IMG/VR virus record: IMGVR_UViG_3300030099_004395
Location: 1 to 61,805 of that record
Strand: one strand, 5' to 3'
Origin: a virus
Lineage: Duplodnaviria; Caudoviricetes
Length of the DNA: 61,805 nucleotides
A program made the position numbers and the translations under genes. Positions 54,728 through 61,805 of this stretch are shown one piece after another (within the stretch, counting starts at the first letter, position 1; each line of letters opens with the position of its first letter). A model generated the notes under the pieces. It had not been told where the DNA came from and did not search any database. It was given only the letters and a program-made list of their open reading frames with translations.

Positions 54728-55427
54728 AGTGATCAGCTTTGCGTTGTGCGATATTGGTAGGTTTTAAATATTTACCTAAATCTCTTTCATATAAATGTAA
54801 GTTGTGTGCAAAGTGATAATATGTACCAATTTCATAATCTGTCTCCTCTGCAATTATTTTATGCAGTTCTGAAAAACAATACTGATCATTACAGAAACCG
54901 AACCAGAGATCATTAGATCGCATCGTAACGCACATATTCAAATGATTATTTACAACTGTAAATTGTATTGCGTACGTACATGGTGTATCATGTTCATACT
55001 TGTATATTTCTTTACCATCGTATATGGATATAGCAGCTTGCCTAGTATCAGGATTTTCACGTAGCATTTTAATTACTTCATCAATCTGATTTAACCTTCC
55101 CCACTGCCAACCATAATTAGAATTAACATTACCATGTGCATCAGCCATGCGTTTCCATATAGCAGGTATTTTACCGTATAGTTCACCTAGCTTTTCAATG
55201 TTGCGATCACCTGACCAATACCAACGCCATTCAGCTTCAGCATATTTATACTTCCATTTACGCCAAGGTGCTCTAATTATATTGTTTATAGGATTTTCCA
55301 TTTCAAATCCTATATTAAACAAAGCTTTAGTTCCAGCAAAGTCTGTACCATAATGTTCTATACATTGATACCAATACTCAAAAGCTTCGTTCGCATCTCT
55401 AAATTTATTTGCGAATGTTTTTATCAT
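54720..55427 (-). CDS. thymidylate-synthase-fold enzyme, dCMP hydroxymethylase (T4 gp42)-like
   Basis: NSNYG, PCT, MRSNDLWFGFCND (Asp at the ThyA N177 position), NLHLYE; start moved to MIKT. Confidence 0.75.
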   Translation of the reverse strand: MIKTFANKFRDANEAFEYWYQCIEHYGTDFAGTKALFNIGFEMENPINNIIRAPWRKWKYKYAEAEWRWYWSGDRNIEKLGELYGKIPAIWKRMADAHGNVNSNYGWQWGRLNQIDEVIKMLRENPDTRQAAISIYDGKEIYKYEHDTPCTYAIQFTVVNNHLNMCVTMRSNDLWFGFCNDQYCFSELHKIIAEETDYEIGTYYHFAHNLHLYERDLGKYLKPTNIAQRKADHYG

Positions 55428-55668
55428 AATAAAATCTATATAATTCAAATATTTTACTATATAAGTCATCAGGCCCATATGTTTTAGGACTTATGACTTT
55501 CTTGCCTTTAACTTCAACTTGGATAGTCCACGCTTTATTGTAATTACCCTTGCCTACAGCTAAGGCAGATATGTATATTCCATGTTTTATACACCAACTG
55601 TATGCTATTTTATCTTCATTACTCCATAATGGAGGTTTGCATTCAGTGTACTTAGGTTTTATTCCCAT
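55405..55668 (-). CDS. hypothetical protein
   Basis: ORF track; coupled to neighbours. Confidence 0.7.
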   Translation of the reverse strand: MGIKPKYTECKPPLWSNEDKIAYSWCIKHGIYISALAVGKGNYNKAWTIQVEVKGKKVISPKTYGPDDLYSKIFELYRFYYDKNIRK

Positions 55669-57371
55669 GGCATTGCCTCTTCCATTTCAGGCATTACATG
55701 TGGTACAAAGCAGCCAGACTTTGGTTCCCATGTAAAAAAGGCTTCGGCTCCATTTTCACCGAGGTTTTGAAACTTGCATTTAAGTATTTTAACTTTAGTT
55801 GTTTTAGCTTCATAATCACGATGTACAAGTAAACCGTGATAACTAGCATCGTACCACTCACCACCGCCTTTAATGTTGTACATAGTTGGTTCTTCAATTT
55901 TACCATCTTGTGTTTTATACATTTTAGTAGGATGAGCTACTATAAATACTAGCACATCATATTTTTTAGCAAACGTTTCAATCTTAGTTAAATATTCCAT
56001 TGTATAACGGTTAACGTCCTCTGTGTTACAATCAACGTCTCTAACTTTATTAAATGGATCTATAACAAGACATTTGATACCCTTACGTTTTACAAGCTCA
56101 GCTCCTTTACGTAGTACAGACTCAAGAGTATAACGTTCCATATCTATAAAAAAGAAGTTATCATTAACGTGATCTGCTACTTTATTCCATTTGTCTCTAC
56201 CAATGTCACCTTTTTGAGGCATGTCACCCCATACTTTCCGCATTAACTTGTGAGCATGTAGATATGTAGGAGCATTTTCTGGTGAAGCAAAAGCTGTTTT
56301 CCAACCATACTCTTTATTATAACCTACACACATTTGATCTACAAAATCTGATTTACCTGAACTAGGTATACCAGTTACAGTAATAAACTGCTTAGTATAT
56401 GTACTAAAAATTGAATCAAAATTATTAAGGCCAACAGTATAGCCACGTTTAAAACCGTTTCTAACAAAGTCTGTAATTTCATCTTCTATATCTCTAAACG
56501 TAGTAACGTTTTCTAACGGTACTGGTTTTGCATTTTTAACACGTGACAATAGCTCTTTAGCTGAGTACTTTAATAAGTATTCGTTAGCATCTTTGCAATC
56601 ATCAAATGTAACTAGATAACAAGTTTCAGCGCCTAATCTACGTATAAGCTCAGCTTGTAACGCTAAACCAGGTGGATCGTTGTCAACTGCAATTATTATT
56701 TTCTTTTTATCTTCAAAATAATCTATACAGTTGTCTAAGTAATCTAAGTTGTTGCTATTTAATGTAGCACCATTAGGAACTGATATTGCATTTGGTATAC
56801 CAGCCTCATGTAATGCTAACACATCCATTTCACCTTCAACTATAATACATTCATCGTGTCCTACAGTATTATCTATATTATAAAATACTTTTTCAGCTCC
56901 TTTGTATAACTTAAAGTTTTTACGAGCATCTCTGTATTTAACATTAGTAAGTTGTCCACCTACATAATAATTAAATTGGATAGTATTCTCGGTCTTGCCG
57001 GTTTGAGGCATATATTCAGATGCGGTAGATACTTTTAATTCATCTAACGTATCTTTAGATATACCACGTGTTTTAAACCATTCCAACGTTTTATCTTTTA
57101 CGGGTAGTTTATAACCGTAATCAGGTATAACATAATCACGTTCAGCTTTACCTTTACGTTTATATGTGTGCATTTGAAAAGTGCTATCACAGTTATGACA
57201 AGTACCAAGACCACGCTCCCAATCATAGCTAGCACATTTTGCTTTTCTATTCTCAGGTTTCCTAGAAGACGAACACAGGGGACAAGTCCCCTGCGATTTA
57301 CCTACGTCTAAGCCGTGCTGATTAAATTGGTCTATTTGAAAACCATTTATTTCTATTTCTTCGACTTGCAT
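55659..57371 (-). CDS. DNA primase-helicase (T7 gp4/Twinkle-like)
   Basis: CPLC...CHNC zinc finger; TOPRIM EGEMD, DND, KDANE; Walker A GIPSSGKS; VIDP; VAHP. Confidence 0.93.
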   Translation of the reverse strand: MQVEEIEINGFQIDQFNQHGLDVGKSQGTCPLCSSSRKPENRKAKCASYDWERGLGTCHNCDSTFQMHTYKRKGKAERDYVIPDYGYKLPVKDKTLEWFKTRGISKDTLDELKVSTASEYMPQTGKTENTIQFNYYVGGQLTNVKYRDARKNFKLYKGAEKVFYNIDNTVGHDECIIVEGEMDVLALHEAGIPNAISVPNGATLNSNNLDYLDNCIDYFEDKKKIIIAVDNDPPGLALQAELIRRLGAETCYLVTFDDCKDANEYLLKYSAKELLSRVKNAKPVPLENVTTFRDIEDEITDFVRNGFKRGYTVGLNNFDSIFSTYTKQFITVTGIPSSGKSDFVDQMCVGYNKEYGWKTAFASPENAPTYLHAHKLMRKVWGDMPQKGDIGRDKWNKVADHVNDNFFFIDMERYTLESVLRKGAELVKRKGIKCLVIDPFNKVRDVDCNTEDVNRYTMEYLTKIETFAKKYDVLVFIVAHPTKMYKTQDGKIEEPTMYNIKGGGEWYDASYHGLLVHRDYEAKTTKVKILKCKFQNLGENGAEAFFTWEPKSGCFVPHVMPEMEEAMPWE

Positions 57372-57381
57372 TTACATTTAA

Positions 57382-57687
57382 TTAAAATGGTAGATCAGCT
57401 TCTTCTACCTTTGGTTGTGTTTGATTTTGCGGTTGACTTTCTGTTACTCTATCTGGAAACACACCGTTTGTCCATACTACTTTAACATTACCTAAGTAAG
57501 TCTTTTCACTTTTAGCTTCTCTTTCTTCTTTAGTCTGATCAACTATAACTGGACCTTGATTTCCAAATTGGTCTGGTTCATCATTAATAGTTATGGAAAT
57601 AGGAAGATACCTACCCTTTTTTCCTTTGTATATTTTATCCTTTGGTATCGCGTCTAAATTAATATTAGCTTTTACTATTCCTGCCAT
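57382..57687 (-). CDS. single-stranded DNA-binding protein
   Basis: short OB-like protein with acidic EEADLPF tail. Confidence 0.7.
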   Translation of the reverse strand: MAGIVKANINLDAIPKDKIYKGKKGRYLPISITINDEPDQFGNQGPVIVDQTKEEREAKSEKTYLGNVKVVWTNGVFPDRVTESQPQNQTQPKVEEADLPF

Positions 57688-57689
57688 TG

Positions 57690-58421
57690 TTATAATGTTT
57701 GGTTTATAAAATATTGCTGAGGATCAAAACCCTCTGTGTTATAAAATAGATCATAAGCTTCTGATGCTTTTTCAACTTTTTCTTCTCCTGATTTATAAAA
57801 TTTATCAGAGCAATCAAACAAACCTATTTGACCTGTCTTTTTATCTATTGCTATAAATATAAATTCATAACCAAATAGCTTTTCATAAATATAAGCTTGA
57901 GAATCATAATTATATTTCTTAGCATTCCATTTAAAGTTGTCAAGATCAGAAGTAGTTTTAAGATCTATTATTAGCTTTTCGCTGTGATTAACAACGTCAG
58001 CTTTTCCTTTCCACATTTGTCCAAATAATTCTGTTATTTGAGGTACTTCGTATTCAGAATTTTCTTCTGAGATTAAGTCTCTGCAAACTTTATTGTTTAG
58101 CATTGTAGAAATAAGGTTGTCTATAAGATCAACCTCATGTTGTAGTAAACACATTTCACCTCCTGACATTTCTTTGTAAACTTTAGTATTTCTAGTACTA
58201 GTATCTATTATCTTGTACTTTTTTAGTTTATCTGGTTCAAGTATTGCAGTGTGAAAATAGCCTCCTACTAAGAAGTGAGCATTTGTCTTACTTGGTTCCT
58301 TAAATGATAATGGGTTAGTAAGTAATGTTTTAATATCTGAATTACTTAAATACTGCTTACCAAAATCACCGTAATAATGCTCATCTATTCTAAGCTTTTC
58401 TATTATTTCTTCACGTTTCAT
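57690..58421 (-). CDS. PD-(D/E)xK exonuclease (RecE/DUF3799-like)
   Basis: LSNS, G..FH..ILEP, KGKAD, IDLKTT, YDSQAYIY. Confidence 0.8.
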   Translation of the reverse strand: MKREEIIEKLRIDEHYYGDFGKQYLSNSDIKTLLTNPLSFKEPSKTNAHFLVGGYFHTAILEPDKLKKYKIIDTSTRNTKVYKEMSGGEMCLLQHEVDLIDNLISTMLNNKVCRDLISEENSEYEVPQITELFGQMWKGKADVVNHSEKLIIDLKTTSDLDNFKWNAKKYNYDSQAYIYEKLFGYEFIFIAIDKKTGQIGLFDCSDKFYKSGEEKVEKASEAYDLFYNTEGFDPQQYFINQTL

Positions 58422-58945
58422 AGTGTGCTCAATAACTCAGCTTGCTTAGGTGTTACTTCGTATTTAGCTTTAATAGCGTTTAGACTACCACCTTTTGCAA
58501 TGTATTCCTTAGCTTTAGCTAATGATTCGTTTGTCATCTTTTGCTTGGCAGATGATTTACCATGTGTATTAGTTGCATCTGAGTCTTGAGTGTCATCAAT
58601 CAAAAACAGATTACCAAGTGCATACTTTTTACCATATGAACTTGCAGCACCATATTTCTGTGGCATTTGCATACCTTTTTGTTCAAGATCAATACCTACT
58701 ATAGCTTTAGATTCTATATTATCTTTACCATCAGATACTTTAGCAGTAACCTGCATAACCGGTGGATCAAATGATACTAACTCTTCATTTACAGTAACTG
58801 TTACATTGAGCTCTTTTAAAAAGGGTTTTGTTGCTTCGAGAATGTCTTCGGCAGATCTGAAATAATACTTACCGAATGAGTTAAACCTTGATTTTTTTGA
58901 TTTAAACTCTACTTGGATTTTTGATAATTTTTCGTTAATTGTCAT
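58418..58945 (-). CDS. ERF-family ssDNA annealing protein
   Basis: FGKYYFRSAEDI, QKYGAASSYGKKYAL..LFLIDD..DSD. Confidence 0.88.
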   Translation of the reverse strand: MTINEKLSKIQVEFKSKKSRFNSFGKYYFRSAEDILEATKPFLKELNVTVTVNEELVSFDPPVMQVTAKVSDGKDNIESKAIVGIDLEQKGMQMPQKYGAASSYGKKYALGNLFLIDDTQDSDATNTHGKSSAKQKMTNESLAKAKEYIAKGGSLNAIKAKYEVTPKQAELLSTL

Positions 58946-58988
58946 ACTATTATAATTACATATTTATTATACAATTTACATAGGTAAC

Positions 58989-59738
58989 TCACAGATAATC
59001 AAGTACTTGCGAGTGATCTACGTTTGCTATTAATTTTTCTACAGCTTGCTTTTTTAACTCTGAAATACGCACATAAGCTGAAACACCTTTAATTTCTAAA
59101 GCTGTTGCTATTTCATTAGCAGACCATTTAGGACCGTCAAGACCATAGCTTTTGCTTAATACAAACATTTCGTTCCATTCAAGGTGTTTGTTAAGTAAAC
59201 TTAATATATAAGCATTAAGTAACGTTTCATTGTAAGGATCTGATTTATCAGGTATTTGATAAACCATATCTTCATCATCTTGCTTAGCATCATATGATAA
59301 AAATATAGAATTAAAAAACATTCTAACCATTTTTTCATCTTTAGTACTACGCATTTCATTTAACCTATGCTCAGGTATTCGCATTGTGCCTCTATTTATA
59401 TCAATAGCTCTACGTATTCCACCTCTTATTCTTTTAGCTAAAAATGACTTTAAAGTTTTTTCTACGTCTTCAGATACAAATAATTTTTCTCTATCTATTT
59501 TATCTACAGCTTTACACAATTGTAAACTACCTTCTTGTATTATATCCATAATAGACATAACACCTGAAGCTTCTTGACTAGTAGCAAACTTTCTACCTAT
59601 ATTTTCTACTAATGGTAAAAATATAACTTTAAGTTCTTCAGGTTTGTAATCGATAAAGTTTTTAACTGGTATTTTAGCAATAGATAACTTTACATCTTCT
59701 TTATATCTAATATAGTTTTTTACATTATATTTTTTCAT
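58989..59738 (-). CDS. phage sigma70-family RNA polymerase sigma factor
   Basis: LPLVENIGRKF, DIIQEG..QL..AVDK, MRIPEH, C-terminal HTH ANEIA...KKQAVEKL. Confidence 0.82.
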   Translation of the reverse strand: MKKYNVKNYIRYKEDVKLSIAKIPVKNFIDYKPEELKVIFLPLVENIGRKFATSQEASGVMSIMDIIQEGSLQLCKAVDKIDREKLFVSEDVEKTLKSFLAKRIRGGIRRAIDINRGTMRIPEHRLNEMRSTKDEKMVRMFFNSIFLSYDAKQDDEDMVYQIPDKSDPYNETLLNAYILSLLNKHLEWNEMFVLSKSYGLDGPKWSANEIATALEIKGVSAYVRISELKKQAVEKLIANVDHSQVLDYL

Positions 59739-60345
59739 TTTCTATATTTAAAAGATCCTTTTCTTTTTTTAGTTCTATGCTCATATTTCTATGTATTGTT
59801 CTACTTGAACACTTTAACAATTTAGCTAATTTGCTTATTGTTATTTTCTCATTCATGTCGTTTATATCTAACATACATTGATAAATGTTTTTTTCGTCAA
59901 TACTTTTTCTGCCTATTAACTTACCTACAATACTAAGTTTTTTTGATTTATCTAAACCGCTATTATCTTTAAATACTATTTTACGTAATTTATTTTTAGG
60001 TGGACGATCTAAATCTGATAAAAACACATCTGATACTAAAAAATCAAACTGCTTTTCTGACACATCAAACGTTATAAAGCCGTTTGGTTTATAGCAAATG
60101 TGTATAGCAAGTTGCTTAAACTTTTCAAAATCCATATTAGGATTTAACCACCATAAAGTAATTAAATGCCAAGTTAAAGATCTCATTGTATTTATCTTAG
60201 CATCGCTATTAAATAGACTATAATACCCATGAGTACCGTCAGCATAGTACCATCCCCACTCAAACTCTTGAGTTGGTTGATCTTCTGAATACTTTCGGTA
60301 TATGATGCGGTTATCATTTAAGTATTTCATAGCGCGTTGTGACAT
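59725..60345 (-). CDS. HTH DNA-binding protein, putative replication initiator or regulator
   Basis: C-terminal ITISKLAKLLKCSSRTIHRNM HTH; likely start MSQR at 60345, inside repeat B. Confidence 0.6.
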   Translation of the reverse strand: MSQRAMKYLNDNRIIYRKYSEDQPTQEFEWGWYYADGTHGYYSLFNSDAKINTMRSLTWHLITLWWLNPNMDFEKFKQLAIHICYKPNGFITFDVSEKQFDFLVSDVFLSDLDRPPKNKLRKIVFKDNSGLDKSKKLSIVGKLIGRKSIDEKNIYQCMLDINDMNEKITISKLAKLLKCSSRTIHRNMSIELKKEKDLLNIENEKI

Positions 60346-60383
60346 TAGCCTATTACTATTTATCTTTAGACCTTGTGTCACAC
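60338..60383. repeat. inverted-repeat site B, copy 2
   Basis: TGTGACATTAGCCTAT...CTTGTGTCACAC; both arms identical to those at 4655-4702. Confidence 0.7.
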
Positions 60384-60502
60384 AGAGTTGTAATGTACAA
60401 CTCATGTTCATTAGCTACATTATTTTGTTGTATACACTCTTCTAACCATAAATTAGAATAATACATTACAAAATCTGAATAATCTCTTTTTGATTGTCCC
60501 AT
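60356..60502 (-). CDS. small hypothetical protein (48 aa)
   Basis: ORF read manually, MGQSKRDYSDF... Confidence 0.45.
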   Translation of the reverse strand: MGQSKRDYSDFVMYYSNLWLEECIQQNNVANEHELYITTLCDTRSKDK

Positions 60503-60503
60503 A

Positions 60504-60692
60504 TTATTGTTTTAATAATTGTAAGTATCTATTATATTTTAAATATAATTTTCTAGTATGTTGATCAACGTTACCATACATACATGCTTGTTTACAAATT
60601 TTACTTCTTAGTTCTAAAGTTCTATTTTGTACATAATCAATATGTTTTCTATATCTTAAATATTCTTTTAATATATGTTTTCTTTTTCTCAT
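60504..60692 (-). CDS. small basic hypothetical protein
   Basis: start MRKRK overlaps upstream stop. Confidence 0.55.
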   Translation of the reverse strand: MRKRKHILKEYLRYRKHIDYVQNRTLELRSKICKQACMYGNVDQHTRKLYLKYNRYLQLLKQ

Positions 60693-60892
60693 ATAATTAA
60701 ACTTAATATTAACATCATCCATGTTATACATATAGTAACTACTAAAGCTGTTATAAAGTAATCTTTTTCTTCATCTTTATTTTTAGGTACTCTACCCTGG
60801 TTACCCATACCATCATAGTCTATGTCATCTCTTTCGTAAGCTGCTGGCGATGGTAAGCCAGAGTAGTGACAATGTTTATCTTTTTCTTTCAT
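60689..60892 (-). CDS. small membrane protein (CHYSGLPSP motif)
   Basis: C-terminal TM helix. Confidence 0.65.
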   Translation of the reverse strand: MKEKDKHCHYSGLPSPAAYERDDIDYDGMGNQGRVPKNKDEEKDYFITALVVTICITWMMLILSLII

Positions 60893-61028
60893 TTATTTTT
60901 ATTTGCAAGTGAAACAATTAGTATTAACATCATTATACCAGCTCCAAATATAATTAGATCAGGTACCTCTATTATTCTACCATTAATAGTTTCACCTAGT
61001 TTTATCATAAAATCTTGTTGATAATAAT

Positions 61029-61199
61029 TCATGATATTATTCCTTGTTTTAATAATCTTTGTGCGTTTCTACCAAACCATCCTTGCAGCTTATACGCAAG
61101 ACCAGTATCGTGTAAGTGTTGCCAAGCATCTATTACTTGTTCTTCTGATTCAGCTTCTATAAAACCTTCAGCTAAACCTACTGCTTTGTAATCATTCAT
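61029..61199 (-). CDS. small phage protein (AWQHLHDTG..LQGWFGR motif)
   Basis: start MNDYKAVG overlaps ligase stop. Confidence 0.7.
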   Translation of the reverse strand: MNDYKAVGLAEGFIEAESEEQVIDAWQHLHDTGLAYKLQGWFGRNAQRLLKQGIIS

Positions 61200-61805
61200 A
61201 ATTTCTAATACATTTATAATGTGGATGTCTATAAGAACCTGCTTGAGTTCGTTGAAAGTAAGTAAAGGTAGCACGCTGACCTATATAGTCATGAATGTTA
61301 TCGATCATAGCGGCTAGATCCTTGTAGGTGTAACCTTTGCCCGGTGGGCAACCGAACTGTATACCTTCGTCATCTTGCATGATGAACTTACCAAGCGTGC
61401 CCTGCCTCTTACCTTTACCTGCTTCATAGCCAACAATTGTGGCTTCTGAATCTTCAAAGTCTTTGAACTTCATTAAGTCCCATGACCTAGTATTTTTGTA
61501 TTTACCATCGGTAGATCTGTATATACTACCTTCGTAACCTTGTTTTAAGTATTTATTGTGTTGTTTAACGGCTTCATCATAGTCTAATACAATTTTAGTT
61601 TCTACAGGTTGTATAATATGGTTGTATTTAACCATATTTGCAAGCATAGATAACCTGTTAGTGTATGTAGCGTGAGCAAAATTAGCTACGTCATATACGT
61701 GATATTGTATAAGCTCTGCTGCTTGTTTTCTATGTTCTTCAGTTGGTTTAGTTTTTCTAACTAATGATATAATCTTTTCAAAGTCATCTTTTAGTCCATG
61801 GTTGT
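61192..61805 (-). CDS. ATP-dependent DNA ligase, 5'-truncated by window
   Basis: frame open to window end; YHVYD, GYEGSIYR, RSWDLMKFK motifs and OB domain. Confidence 0.88.
   Translation of the reverse strand, partial: NHGLKDDFEKIISLVRKTKPTEEHRKQAAELIQYHVYDVANFAHATYTNRLSMLANMVKYNHIIQPVETKIVLDYDEAVKQHNKYLKQGYEGSIYRSTDGKYKNTRSWDLMKFKDFEDSEATIVGYEAGKGKRQGTLGKFIMQDDEGIQFGCPPGKGYTYKDLAAMIDNIHDYIGQRATFTYFQRTQAGSYRHPHYKCIRNYE

Noticed and set aside
54720-55427. Plain thymidylate synthase thyA
   Set aside because: Asp replaces the dUMP-specifying Asn and flanking motifs resemble T4 gp42, so the symbol was withheld.
1-61805. Stop-codon reassignment as seen in some crAss-like phages
   Set aside because: Genes are intact and tightly packed under code 11; TAA, TAG and TGA all serve as stops; no suppressor tRNA is seen.
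1-61805. Prophage, integrase, diversity-generating retroelement or CRISPR array
   Set aside because: No recombinase, reverse transcriptase, regular repeat-spacer array or flanking host genes are visible.

Overview
A ~62 kb, AT-rich segment of a lytic dsDNA tailed phage with podovirus-like gene content. No integrase is seen, and no DNA polymerase lies in the window. A Bacteroidota (probably Flavobacteriia) host is inferred from A-rich translation starts without Shine-Dalgarno sites and from the gene content. There are two arms. The minus-strand arm (49754-61805 and 1-4250) holds early and replication genes: ligase, HTH replication protein, sigma factor, ERF, exonuclease, SSB, primase-helicase, a ThyA-fold enzyme, MazG-like proteins, a 2OG-Fe(II) oxygenase and class II RNR. 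The plus-strand arm (4812-49678) holds basic internal proteins, GroEL/GroES, lysis genes, fibres, terminase, portal, capsid, tail and ejection proteins. The main hunt results are hypotheses. (1) The 2974-aa ejection protein looks like a self-processing polyprotein: a HExxH protease, a sigma70 region-2-like domain, an EH-motif module and a HAD phosphatase, separated by a recurring linker. It pairs with five copies of a 33-bp non-host promoter-like motif in the early region. (2) The ThyA-like gene carries T4 gp42 dCMP-hydroxymethylase signatures within a nucleotide-modification cluster. (3) Basic, histone-like proteins share P-[AGT]-M-Y and YDQPG motifs and lie near a zincin protease. (4) There are two tRNA-mimic RNAs, one preceded by a classic H-type pseudoknot. 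(5) An inverted-repeat site occurs both in the divergent ori-like region and over the start of the HTH gene. (6) There is an 11-aa four-cysteine micro-ORF. All calls come from reading motifs by eye; no searches were run.
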